A DNA stretch of 64,000 nt, from the NCBI GenBank assembly GCA_049322215.1, contig JBMORU010000001.1, positions 755-64,754 of the forward strand, written 5' to 3'. Below the pieces are notes generated by a model. The model saw nothing but the letters and a program-made list of their open reading frames with translations, ran no database searches and was not told the DNA's origin. This DNA is from Patescibacteria group bacterium (lineage in GTDB: Bacteria > Patescibacteriota > WWE3 > UBA101185 > UBA10185). Positions within the stretch are counted from its first letter, which is position 1; every line of letters begins with the position of its first letter. Position numbers and translations under genes: made by a program. This document shows, piece after piece, positions 10,695-19,597 of the stretch.

Positions 10695-11483
10695 ATGAGT
10701 AAAAGCATTTTAATATATACTTCATTAATAATTGTAATTGTCACTTCACTTTTTGGCGTTTATGCCTTTACTAATAAAGAATATTCACAAAAACTCACAT
10801 CAAAAATTATGCAAATAAACGACAATAATAAAGAAAAAGATATACCAAATATGATTGCATTAGACACTGAAGAAATGCCAATATATGCTACTGTATCTAT
10901 AATACCCGATTCAATTAATACGGAAAGCGTTTTTGGCAACCTAAACAAAAACTACCAAATACTCATTTTTGAGAAAAATTCCAAAATAGTTGTAGTAAAT
11001 CCAAAAGAAAACAAAATAGTAGACATAATAAATATAAGCTTTGAAAACACTAACGAAGAACAAAGTAAAACCATGCCAGAGGAAACAGCGGACACAAATT
11101 TACAAACTAACGAAGTCGTTAATCTAAGTGATGGGACTACTCAAAATGAAGAACAAACAGAAGCTGAAGAAACATATACAACTTCTATTACCATACTAAA
11201 TGGTACTAATACACCCGGTATGGCAGGAAAACTTAAAAACACCTTAGAAAATGAATTAAATCTCCCTTTAAATATCGAAAATATAGAATTAAACGATGCA
11301 AAAGGAAATTACGATGACACAGTTGTAATAGAAACAAATCCCAACTCAACCAAACAAAACATTGCTGCCGATTTAATAGCGCAATCATTAAATATATCTA
11401 TTGCTTCTGCCCTACCAGAGCTAGAAAACACTCCGGAGACACAGCTAGTCATAATAGTAGGAGAAGACTACGTTCAAAAATAA
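10695..11483 (+). CDS. Membrane-anchored LytR_C (LytR/CpsA/Psr C-terminal) domain protein
   Basis: N-terminal TM helix (LIYTSLIIVIVTSLFGVYAF). The C-terminal region ITILNGTNTPGMAGKLKNTLENELNL...DDTVVIE matches the LytR_C pattern v.VlNGtgv.GlA. Confidence 0.5.
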   Translation: MSKSILIYTSLIIVIVTSLFGVYAFTNKEYSQKLTSKIMQINDNNKEKDIPNMIALDTEEMPIYATVSIIPDSINTESVFGNLNKNYQILIFEKNSKIVVVNPKENKIVDIINISFENTNEEQSKTMPEETADTNLQTNEVVNLSDGTTQNEEQTEAEETYTTSITILNGTNTPGMAGKLKNTLENELNLPLNIENIELNDAKGNYDDTVVIETNPNSTKQNIAADLIAQSLNISIASALPELENTPETQLVIIVGEDYVQK

Positions 11484-11485
11484 TA

Positions 11486-11662
11486 TTGACATTACCCCGG
11501 TGCAAATATAATATGTTTAAGCATTATCCGAAGACAGCAAGTTTCGTTTGCATGAGCGAATTAAATACCTTGCCGAGGAATCTTTTATATTTATTTGCCA
11601 ATTAAGGTTTAATAACTTTAGATTCACTCACGTCTTCGTGAGTATTTTTTTAGGGAAATTTT
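11486..11662 (+). promoter_or_regulatory. rplJ promoter (TTGACA at 11486, -10 TAATAT/TATAAT about 17 nt downstream) plus L10 leader with a terminator-like attenuator hairpin at 11626-11651 (ACTCACG-tctt-CGTGAGT then T7) just upstream of the start codon
   Basis: Near-consensus sigma70 hexamers are read directly. A 7-bp GC-containing stem followed by a run of 7 T lies 12 nt before the rplJ ATG. This is typical of the autoregulated L10 leader. Confidence 0.45.
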
Positions 11663-12187
11663 ATGCCAAATAGTAAAAAAGTTGAACTAGTAGCACAACT
11701 AAAAGAAAAAGTAGCCCGCTCTAAGTCAATTATCTTTACCGAATATCAAGGTTTAAGTGTAAACCAAATAAATGAGCTAAGAGGTAAGGTGGAAGATAGC
11801 GGAGCTGAGATGGTAGTTGCTAAAAACACCTTGCTAAAAATTGCGCTAAAGGACGAAAAAGTAGGAGGTAAAGAATTAGATGAGCACTTAAAAGGCCCCA
11901 CTGCTAGCATTTTTGCTTATGAAGATGCAATTGCCCCTTTAAAAGCACTAGTAGAATTTGCTAAAACAGCAGAACTACCTACTTTAAAAGCAGGATACGT
12001 AGACGGTGTTTATTCAAAGGCAAGTGACTTAGAAGTACTAAGTAATTTACCTAGCCGAGAAGAATTATTGGCTCAAGTTGTGGGTACTATGAAAAGGCCA
12101 ATTAGCGGTTTAGTAACTGCACTAGGTGCAACTCAAAGAAATTTTGTGTATGCACTTTCAGCTATTGCTGAAAAAAAGGAAAATTAA
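11663..12187 (+). CDS. rplJ: 50S ribosomal protein L10
   Basis: The sequence MPNSKKVELVAQLKEKVARSKSIIFTEYQGLSVNQINELR is typical L10. It is followed immediately by rplL. Confidence 0.9.
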   Translation: MPNSKKVELVAQLKEKVARSKSIIFTEYQGLSVNQINELRGKVEDSGAEMVVAKNTLLKIALKDEKVGGKELDEHLKGPTASIFAYEDAIAPLKALVEFAKTAELPTLKAGYVDGVYSKASDLEVLSNLPSREELLAQVVGTMKRPISGLVTALGATQRNFVYALSAIAEKKEN

Positions 12188-12229
12188 GTTAAATTTAGGG
12201 CAATAAATTTGCCTAGGAGGTGTCAAAAA

Positions 12230-12670
12230 ATGGCAGACGATGTAAAAGAAACTACCGAAGATACCAAAGAAGAAATAAAACTTTCTGGCGATGCTAAGAA
12301 AGTAATGGATATGGTAGAAAAAATGACCGTACTAGAACTTAACGACTTAGTTAAAGCTCTAGAAGATAAATTTGGCGTAACCGCAGCAGCCCCTATGATG
12401 ATGGGAGCAATGCCTATGGCAGGTGCCGCAGATGCTGGTGCTGATGTTGAGGAACAAACCGAATTTGACGTTGTACTTGCTGATGCAGGAGCAACAAAAA
12501 TTGCAGTTATTAAAGCTGTAAGAGAACTAAACCAATCTTTAGGTTTAGTAGAAGCTAAAGGCTTAGTAGAATCTGCACCTAAAACTATTTTAGAAGGTGT
12601 GAAAAAAGAAGAAGCTGAAGCTGCTAAAAAGAAACTAGAAGACGCAGGTGCTAAAGTAGAACTTAAGTAA
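12230..12670 (+). CDS. rplL: 50S ribosomal protein L7/L12. The start is placed at the ATG after the AGGAGG RBS rather than the upstream ATG of the ORF track.
   Basis: MADDVKE... with an alanine-rich hinge, then [54 protein letters not shown] lies 8 nt upstream of ATG 12230. Confidence 0.9.
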   Translation: MADDVKETTEDTKEEIKLSGDAKKVMDMVEKMTVLELNDLVKALEDKFGVTAAAPMMMGAMPMAGAADAGADVEEQTEFDVVLADAGATKIAVIKAVRELNQSLGLVEAKGLVESAPKTILEGVKKEEAEAAKKKLEDAGAKVELK

Positions 12671-12687
12671 GCTGTCCTGCTTCTAAA

Positions 12688-12720
12688 CAAAAAAGCGACC
12701 CAAACGGGTCGCTTTTTTTA
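12688..12720. terminator. Bidirectional intrinsic terminator between rplL (+) and glgA (-)
   Basis: A-run, then hairpin GCGACCC-aaac-GGGTCGC, then T7. Confidence 0.7.
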
Positions 12721-12740
12721 CATTAAGCGCATTTAATAAA

Positions 12741-14180
12741 TTACTCTTCAAGATCTTCAGCTAAATCTAAAGCACGCTGACGTAATTCTATAACTTCTTT
12801 ATACAAAGCTTTATATTGAATTGCACTTGCATCCCAACTAAAGTCAGCAACCATTGCGTTTTTTACCATTTCAGAGTGTAATTTTTTATCTTTAAAAGCT
12901 TTTAACGAATTTTCTATTGCTTGCTGTAAAGCATTAGCACTATAAACATTAAACAAAAAGCCTGTTTTTCTTTCTGCTACAGTGTCTTTTAAACCACCAG
13001 TGGCATGCACTACAGGTAAAGCACCATACCACATACCTATCATTTGAATTAGTCCACAAGGCTCAAAACGAGAAGGCACTATAATAAAATCGCTAGCTGC
13101 ATATATTTCTTGAGCAAGTTCTACATCAAATATGATATTTATAGACAACTTACCTTTATATTTGGCAATATCTGTTAAGCTACGTAATTTTGCCTCCCAA
13201 ACAGGATCCCCTGTTCCTAAAATTACAAGTTGGGCATTACTATTTATAATGTCAGGAATTGTTTCGTATAAAATATCAAGCCCTTTTTGATTAGGATCTA
13301 ATCTACCTATGTAGCAATACATAGGGTCATCAGTAACATTTAACTTAAACTTCTTTTGCAATAATTCTTTTGCAGAAGCTTTAGCTTCTTTCCAATTATT
13401 TAAATCATAAGAGCGCGGAAACTGCGAATAATCTATACCATTTAAAATACCGTCAAGGCGTCCCCTCCTGCCTTGCAAATACTCCGACAATGGTCCACCT
13501 AAATCATTAAACAATATTTCTTTAGCATATGTAGGAGACACCGTACTTATAAAATCAGCGGCCAGTATACCCTGTTGCATCATATTAATATCACCATCAG
13601 CAATATCAAGGTCAACAATAGGATCAGTGCCAGGCACAATGCCTATTTCTTCTACTAAATCTAAATCACCTAAACCCTGATATGACAAATTATGAATGGT
13701 GAGTACAGTTGCAGGCCGAGTGCTTCCTATTTCTTCTTTTAGTAAATGCGTAATTAATCCTGTATGCCAATCATTGCAGTGAACAACATCGTAAGTGTTA
13801 AACTTAGCCTTTATAAATTCGACAACGGCCACATCAAAAAACGCAAACATTTCAGTTTCTGTCACATTATTTGCAAACGCATTAGAACCACCAGTTGCAA
13901 AGTAATTAGCATTTTTTAACATTATTACATCTACATTAGAATTTGGAAGTTTAGTTTTATAAACATTCACAACGTGATTTTGACCATCAAAGGGCACCTC
14001 TAAATCTACACCTTTATAAACTTTTAAATTTTCTACCTTGGCATTTGGATAAAATGGAACAATAACATCGGCATCTACACCGGCTTTTTCTAACGCTTTA
14101 GGCAGTGAGCCTATTACATCACCTAAACCACCTAGTTTAACTATGGGGGCAACTTCTGAGGCAGCAATTAATACTTTCAT
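12741..14180 (-). CDS. glgA: Glycogen/starch synthase (GT5 family)
   Basis: N-terminal MKVLIAASEVAPIVKLGGLGDVIGSLPKAL is the KxGGL motif of bacterial glycogen synthases. A C-terminal GT-B domain with PSRFEPCGL is present. Confidence 0.8.
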   Translation of the reverse strand: MKVLIAASEVAPIVKLGGLGDVIGSLPKALEKAGVDADVIVPFYPNAKVENLKVYKGVDLEVPFDGQNHVVNVYKTKLPNSNVDVIMLKNANYFATGGSNAFANNVTETEMFAFFDVAVVEFIKAKFNTYDVVHCNDWHTGLITHLLKEEIGSTRPATVLTIHNLSYQGLGDLDLVEEIGIVPGTDPIVDLDIADGDINMMQQGILAADFISTVSPTYAKEILFNDLGGPLSEYLQGRRGRLDGILNGIDYSQFPRSYDLNNWKEAKASAKELLQKKFKLNVTDDPMYCYIGRLDPNQKGLDILYETIPDIINSNAQLVILGTGDPVWEAKLRSLTDIAKYKGKLSINIIFDVELAQEIYAASDFIIVPSRFEPCGLIQMIGMWYGALPVVHATGGLKDTVAERKTGFLFNVYSANALQQAIENSLKAFKDKKLHSEMVKNAMVADFSWDASAIQYKALYKEVIELRQRALDLAEDLEE

Positions 14181-14202
14181 TGTTAAAGATTAACAGATAT
14201 TG

Positions 14203-15756
14203 TTATTTAGAGGAAGGTTGTTTAGAGTTTTCTTTTTTCCACTCTTCAAAGGCCTCTTTAGTTGGAACTCCTGCAAAATACTCTTTTGCAAAAGAGCTAA
14301 GTTCTTCCCATTTGTGTTGTAAAAATGGCTTAACTTCAGGAATATTTCTTGCAGACCATAACTCGTCTACTACATGCAAAACATCATAAATATCTGTTCC
14401 TTGTTTGAGCTTTATTAAAGCATCACGCCATTTAATTGCTTCTTCAAAGTTATTTTTTTCAGCAGCTTTACGCATTTGATCTTCAAATTCTAATACAATT
14501 TGGTTGTACCATTCAGTAGGGGTTCTTTCTTTAAAAGGCTTTTTCATATACGTTGACGAATTAATCAAATGCTTTTCTCTAATGTAACCACTTCGTTGCC
14601 ACTCAAATGCTTGATCTAAAATTTGTCTATAAAAAGATAGGGCTTTTTTGTAAGAATCACTACTCTCAGAATTCAACAATTTAAGAACCTCCTTAAGTGT
14701 AAATGCTCCTTGCTCAAGCATTTCTAAACTCCACCAAGGCTTTACACTTGCCCACCAATACTGATCTGAAGCAATTGCCTTATTTAGCAGCTGCCTGGCT
14801 TTTTTCCAACTATCAAGGGATTTATTTGAGTAATTATTAACCTCGTTAATGACGGAATTTGTTAAATCCCACTGCAATTTATGAATAGGATTCTCAGGGT
14901 CACTCCACAAAATAAAAGATTTAGCATCGGTTGCAGTTTTTTTCTCTTTGTCTAACCAAAAATCTTGCTCTTGATTAGTCCAAGTGCTAGCGCGTAAGTT
15001 TACCTTTTCTACAGGCATTTCCAAAGATAGTAAGTCAGAAACTGTCAAAGACTGAATTTCGCCGTTTGACAACACATCAAAAAACACCTTATCTAATCCT
15101 ACCCTGTGATGACCAAAAGTTTCTGCATCCATTACCACAAACCAGTAAGAATCAGTTTTTTGCAAATCAACTGTTTCTTTTAGTAATTGTTTGGAATTTC
15201 GAACAACTCCTGATAGTAACAAAGAACTTACCCTTTTATTTCTAAACATTATGTACAAATTTGATTCGTTTTCTTGAAAAATCTTATCAGGAATGGGTCT
15301 GTCAGAACCATAGGCAACCTGTGGTGCAGCTAACCACTTATAATTTAGCGATGATATTACTTCTAAAACTTTGCTACTAACAGCCATTTCAGGTGAAAAA
15401 AATCCAACAGGACTAAAAGATGAAAAATGCTTTTTTAGTGTTTTTTCATTCAACTGTATTTGATTTATAATTTCTTCTTTTGGAAGTAATGGCAAAAAAG
15501 CATGATACATAGCACTGCCGGTAAACTCTATTTGATTTCGAGTGTGCAATGTGTTTAAACCTTCAATTACATCACTATAAGAGTTTTCTAAAAGCAAGTC
15601 TACTAAAGCTCCAGAAATATTAACAACTATTTTAGTATTACTATTTTCTAACAAACCACGTACTAAAGGTCTATAACACTCATTAACAATTCTATCCAAA
15701 ATATCTTTTTGTTGATTGTAAGGCTGATAAAAATGTAGTAAAGGTATTAATTTCAT
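14203..15756 (-). CDS. Glycoside hydrolase family 57 protein (GH57 alpha-glucan branching enzyme / 4-alpha-glucanotransferase-like)
   Basis: LHFYQP at the N-terminus is the GH57 region-1 HxHQP motif. VVMDAETFGHH is the catalytic-nucleophile region. Length is 517 aa. Confidence 0.7.
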   Translation of the reverse strand: MKLIPLLHFYQPYNQQKDILDRIVNECYRPLVRGLLENSNTKIVVNISGALVDLLLENSYSDVIEGLNTLHTRNQIEFTGSAMYHAFLPLLPKEEIINQIQLNEKTLKKHFSSFSPVGFFSPEMAVSSKVLEVISSLNYKWLAAPQVAYGSDRPIPDKIFQENESNLYIMFRNKRVSSLLLSGVVRNSKQLLKETVDLQKTDSYWFVVMDAETFGHHRVGLDKVFFDVLSNGEIQSLTVSDLLSLEMPVEKVNLRASTWTNQEQDFWLDKEKKTATDAKSFILWSDPENPIHKLQWDLTNSVINEVNNYSNKSLDSWKKARQLLNKAIASDQYWWASVKPWWSLEMLEQGAFTLKEVLKLLNSESSDSYKKALSFYRQILDQAFEWQRSGYIREKHLINSSTYMKKPFKERTPTEWYNQIVLEFEDQMRKAAEKNNFEEAIKWRDALIKLKQGTDIYDVLHVVDELWSARNIPEVKPFLQHKWEELSSFAKEYFAGVPTKEAFEEWKKENSKQPSSK

Positions 15757-15785
15757 AATTATTCAATATTAGTCTTTTTTTGAGG

Positions 15786-17000
15786 CTATATTTCTTTGCT
15801 AATGATATCACAGCTATCGCTAACTAATTTTTCCAGTTCAGCATCTCCCAAAAGCCGGGCAGTCTCTTTGTACAGCTCTAACCCACGCTCAATCATCCAA
15901 GGCACTTTAACACTTTCAGACGATGCCCACCAAAAAGGATCGCTGTGTAACGCTTGTAGCATTTTTATGTCTAATGTTAGTTTAGAATCATTTATTGCAG
16001 AAAGTATGCTATCTTGCCAAATTGGCTTAGCTTCAAATCCTTCTATTTTTTTATAAGAATCATCTTTGTAAGAAGACATAAGGTTTTTAACTATTTTCCA
16101 TAAATTCTTATGAACTTCATTACCTTTTACATCCCAGCGAGGATAGGCGTTTGCCTCTACCATGTCGGCATCACTTGCCGCCCAACTTGATTCTAAAATA
16201 GAGTCATGCAATTTAACAGGACGCTCACTGTACACATAATCACCAACACTTATTATTTGTACTTTTTTATCTAAAAGCTCCTCTAAAAAAATATCTAGCA
16301 AATAAATGCCCTCTTTATAATGATGTCCAAAAAATTCTCCATCTAAAGCTATAATGCTTGATGAGGTAAAAACATCATGTAAGTTTTTGGTATCTAAATC
16401 ACGCTTAAAAGACAAAACATTACTTAATGTTCTGTTGCGTACTGCCAAAAGCAACTCGGTATCTTTATCTAAATAAACGCCATACCTAGTACCATCTTTC
16501 CCATTAAAAGATGTGGGTATAGCAGATTCATCAAGTAATACCCAAGAATAAGAAAGTTCTTTTAGCTGCTTTAAAACTTTTTTATTAATTGCAAGTTCAG
16601 GAGGAAAAAATCCGTTTAAATCTCTTACAAGTATTGAAGGGTCTCCTTCAAAATCAGTATCCCTACCAAAATAGTAACCCAAGCCATATTCGTTTAAAAT
16701 AATCTCCTTTGTAACTAAAGGTGCTGTTAATTTAGAAAGTAAAGGATGGTAAGCTCCCGAACCTACAAGTTCTAATCTACCTGCTTCTAATAATTCTTTT
16801 ACTTGGCTGATCCATTCGTTATAACCATAAGCATTCAACTGCTGAACTAAACTTAAGGGAATATTAAAAGTGAATTTTACATTTTTTTTTGATTTAAGTA
16901 GCTTTAATAAAGGCGCGTAAGATTCTTCCATTACTTTTCGCACAACAAGTTCATCTTGAGTAATAGGCTGATACAAATGAAATAAGAACGCAATATTCAC
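15786..17000 (-). CDS. Second GH57 family protein (shorter, 404 aa)
   Basis: FLFHLYQP at the N-terminus and ALDGEFFGHH nucleophile region. Paralog of the adjacent GH57 gene. Confidence 0.65.
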   Translation of the reverse strand: MNIAFLFHLYQPITQDELVVRKVMEESYAPLLKLLKSKKNVKFTFNIPLSLVQQLNAYGYNEWISQVKELLEAGRLELVGSGAYHPLLSKLTAPLVTKEIILNEYGLGYYFGRDTDFEGDPSILVRDLNGFFPPELAINKKVLKQLKELSYSWVLLDESAIPTSFNGKDGTRYGVYLDKDTELLLAVRNRTLSNVLSFKRDLDTKNLHDVFTSSSIIALDGEFFGHHYKEGIYLLDIFLEELLDKKVQIISVGDYVYSERPVKLHDSILESSWAASDADMVEANAYPRWDVKGNEVHKNLWKIVKNLMSSYKDDSYKKIEGFEAKPIWQDSILSAINDSKLTLDIKMLQALHSDPFWWASSESVKVPWMIERGLELYKETARLLGDAELEKLVSDSCDIISKEI

Positions 17001-17161
17001 AAAAGGATTATAACGGTCAAAAAAAAATTGTACAACCCAATCCGGGAAAGAACCTATCTTATTCTCCTGCCCACAGAATAAGAGTTTCTTTCCCGAATTG
17101 CATCATACAATTCTTAACGGCAAAATAATAGCAAATTAATATAGGACTGTCAATAAACGAC

Positions 17162-18790
17162 TTAGTAGGAACCTTCTCTGGGGTGCTTTTCGTGTTTCAA
17201 AGAAAATGTTTTTTTATACAAGCGCTCATATTCTCCTGCACTGTATTCCCAGCTAAAGTCCTGGGACATTGCGTTAATTTGAATTTTCTGCCAGACTTCT
17301 TTGTTTCTATAAAGTTCAATTGCCCTAACTATTTGACCAAATAAAGAAAACTCATTGAAGTCAGTAAAAACAAAACCAGTACCTTCTCCAGTAGATACAT
17401 CAAAGTTTTGTACAGTATCAGCCAAACCCCCAACCTTACGAACAAGAGGCAGTGCACCATAACGCATGGCTTCTATTTGAACTATACCGCAAGGCTCAAA
17501 ACGAGATGGGAATAAAATTACATCACTCCCACCAAAAACTAAACGAGGTAGTGTGAAATTAGGATAAGGATGAATACCTACTTTGTCAGGAAATTTACGT
17601 TGAAGACCTCGAAGCATTTCTAATAAACCACCATCTCCGCCACCCACATGCACAAACTGAACTTCAAAATCTTTCATGACGTGTTCTAACGTGCGCGCAA
17701 TTAGGTCTACACCTTTTTGCCACTCTACCCTGCCAACGAAACCAAGCAGAGGAATATCTTTACTGACACGCAAGTCAAATTCTTCTTGTAGCGCTGTTTT
17801 ATTTTCTATACGATCTTCAATAGATTTAGCGGTGAAGTTTTTCTCTAAAAGTGGATCTGTGGCAGGGTTTAACGTTTCATAATTAATACCATTTATAATG
17901 CCAAACAGTTTACTTCTAACTTCTAAAAGAAGTTTATCTAAACCCTGACCAAAATCAGGAGTTAGTATTTCTTTGGAATACGTTTTAGAAACAGCATTAA
18001 CTGCATCTGCATATATTATTCCTCTTTTCATAAAATTTTGTTTATTAATTCTTGGAGAAAAAAAAGATGCTATTGGAGAACGGCCATCATCGTAATCAAG
18101 CTCTGACATGTTCATATGATCCAAATTCATGCCCTGAATAGATAAATTATGAATTGTAAACAAACAAGGAAGTAAACTTAAAGAATCATCTTTACTGTAA
18201 ACAGTCTTCAAATAATTTGGTACGCATCCTGTATGCCAATCATGTGCATGAATTACATCGGGTACAAATACCTTCGGGTCTTTAATAAACTCCAACACCC
18301 CTCTAGATAAAAGAGCCCATCTTGTAGGGTCATCACTATAGCCATACACATTAGCTCTTTTTTCATAATATTCGTGATTTTCTAAAAAATAAGTTGGTAC
18401 AGCGTTTTTGACGCTAAGTTTTACATTGCATATTAGTTCAGGATTTTTTTCATCATCAGTTGGAACAATTAGTCCCTCATGTATTAACTCAAGTTCATGC
18501 TTTTCTTCATCAATAAAGCCAAATTTAGGCATAAAAATACGAACATCATGCCCTCTTTTAATTAAAGCTCTCGACAATGCCTCAATAACCATGGCAATGC
18601 CACCAACAGAAGCATAAGGTGTTGCCTCAGCAGCCACCATTAAAATCTTCAGTTTTTGTTCAGGAGTTTCTTTAGAAGAATCAGTAATTAAATCTTCTAA
18701 TACTTTTTTTATTATGTGCTTGTGTTTATTTTGTACAACCATATATCTAAGCAGCAAAGTAAGTATATAACAAATTGCTTTTTTTCGCAC
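17162..18790 (-). CDS. Second glycogen-synthase-like GT5/GT-B glycosyltransferase
   Basis: KILMVAAEATPYASVGGIAMVIEALSRALIKRGHDVRIFMP has the GlgA-type N-terminal motif. HDWHTG, GGGDGG and PSRFEPCGIVQIEAMRYG are also present. Confidence 0.7.
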   Translation of the reverse strand: MRKKAICYILTLLLRYMVVQNKHKHIIKKVLEDLITDSSKETPEQKLKILMVAAEATPYASVGGIAMVIEALSRALIKRGHDVRIFMPKFGFIDEEKHELELIHEGLIVPTDDEKNPELICNVKLSVKNAVPTYFLENHEYYEKRANVYGYSDDPTRWALLSRGVLEFIKDPKVFVPDVIHAHDWHTGCVPNYLKTVYSKDDSLSLLPCLFTIHNLSIQGMNLDHMNMSELDYDDGRSPIASFFSPRINKQNFMKRGIIYADAVNAVSKTYSKEILTPDFGQGLDKLLLEVRSKLFGIINGINYETLNPATDPLLEKNFTAKSIEDRIENKTALQEEFDLRVSKDIPLLGFVGRVEWQKGVDLIARTLEHVMKDFEVQFVHVGGGDGGLLEMLRGLQRKFPDKVGIHPYPNFTLPRLVFGGSDVILFPSRFEPCGIVQIEAMRYGALPLVRKVGGLADTVQNFDVSTGEGTGFVFTDFNEFSLFGQIVRAIELYRNKEVWQKIQINAMSQDFSWEYSAGEYERLYKKTFSLKHEKHPREGSY

Positions 18791-19481
18791 TATTAGAGCT
18801 AAATGTACACCTACGATTGAAAACTAGAACAAACTGTTGACAAACCACCTAATATTACAAATAATGATTACAGCATAGTGAGTAAATAGATAACTCAGAA
18901 GAACCTCGCAGTTGCATGCCAAATCCGGCATTAAAGGATAAGCGGGCAAACCGCACAAGCAAAGTAAAAACCCGGGTACAGTATTAGTACATTGAAAATT
19001 GAAAAAGAAGTTACGATCTCCTAAATATTTCATATTAAAATTACTTATTAAAAGATAAATAGATATATAAAGATACATTGGGATAAAAAATGAGTAAAAA
19101 CTGCAATAAAGATAAAAAGAGGAAAACTGATAGTTAGATATAAACCAGTTACGTATATATGAAATGTTTATGAAAAAAAAGATTGTTAATATAAATGATG
19201 TTAATAAATCTTTTATACCTAGCATTACTATAAATAGATGCTCTACATATGAAAATTTGATAATTAAAGAGAAATTGATAATAAGTAGAAATTAGATAAA
19301 TAGAAAAGCTAAGTAATGAATTACAAAGTAAAAAAGCGGAGAGATGTTCGTAACGCCCCTCTAGGGCACAGCTTCTACCATTATCATGCATTTACCCTAC
19401 CCCTGTTTAGGATTAAATAGAGATATAGAGCAAATTGAGCTAAAGAAAGATATTAAAATCCTAACCTCTATGCCGCAAGAA

Positions 19482-19510
19482 GCCCCCTGAAGGGGCGTTT
19501 TTTTGTTTTT
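19482..19510 (+). terminator. Orphan plus-strand intrinsic terminator with no annotated plus-strand gene upstream
   Basis: GCCCC-ctgaa-GGGGC followed by TTTTTTTGTTTTT. Confidence 0.6.
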
Positions 19511-19550
19511 ATAAGGTATAATCTTCAAAAATTAACTAGTATAACAAGTA

Positions 19551-19585
19551 AAAAAAAGGCCGCACTAAATGCGGCCTTTAATTTT
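19551..19585 (-). terminator. Intrinsic terminator of the minus-strand HTH gene
   Basis: Hairpin GGCCGCA-ctaaa-TGCGGCC with an A7 run upstream on the plus strand, which is a T-run on the minus strand. Confidence 0.6.
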
Positions 19586-19597
19586 CTCAATAATTGC

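Noticed and set aside
12223-12690. 155-aa ORF antisense to rplL
   Set aside because: It lies entirely within the well-supported rplL gene on the opposite strand and has an Ala/Ser-rich mirror composition.
18824-19391. ORF-track proteins 18824-19225 and 19149-19391 on the minus strand
   Set aside because: They lie in an approximately 20-25% GC low-complexity region. The translations are F/I/Y/N-rich nonsense with no RBS, and they overlap each other. They were treated as non-coding.
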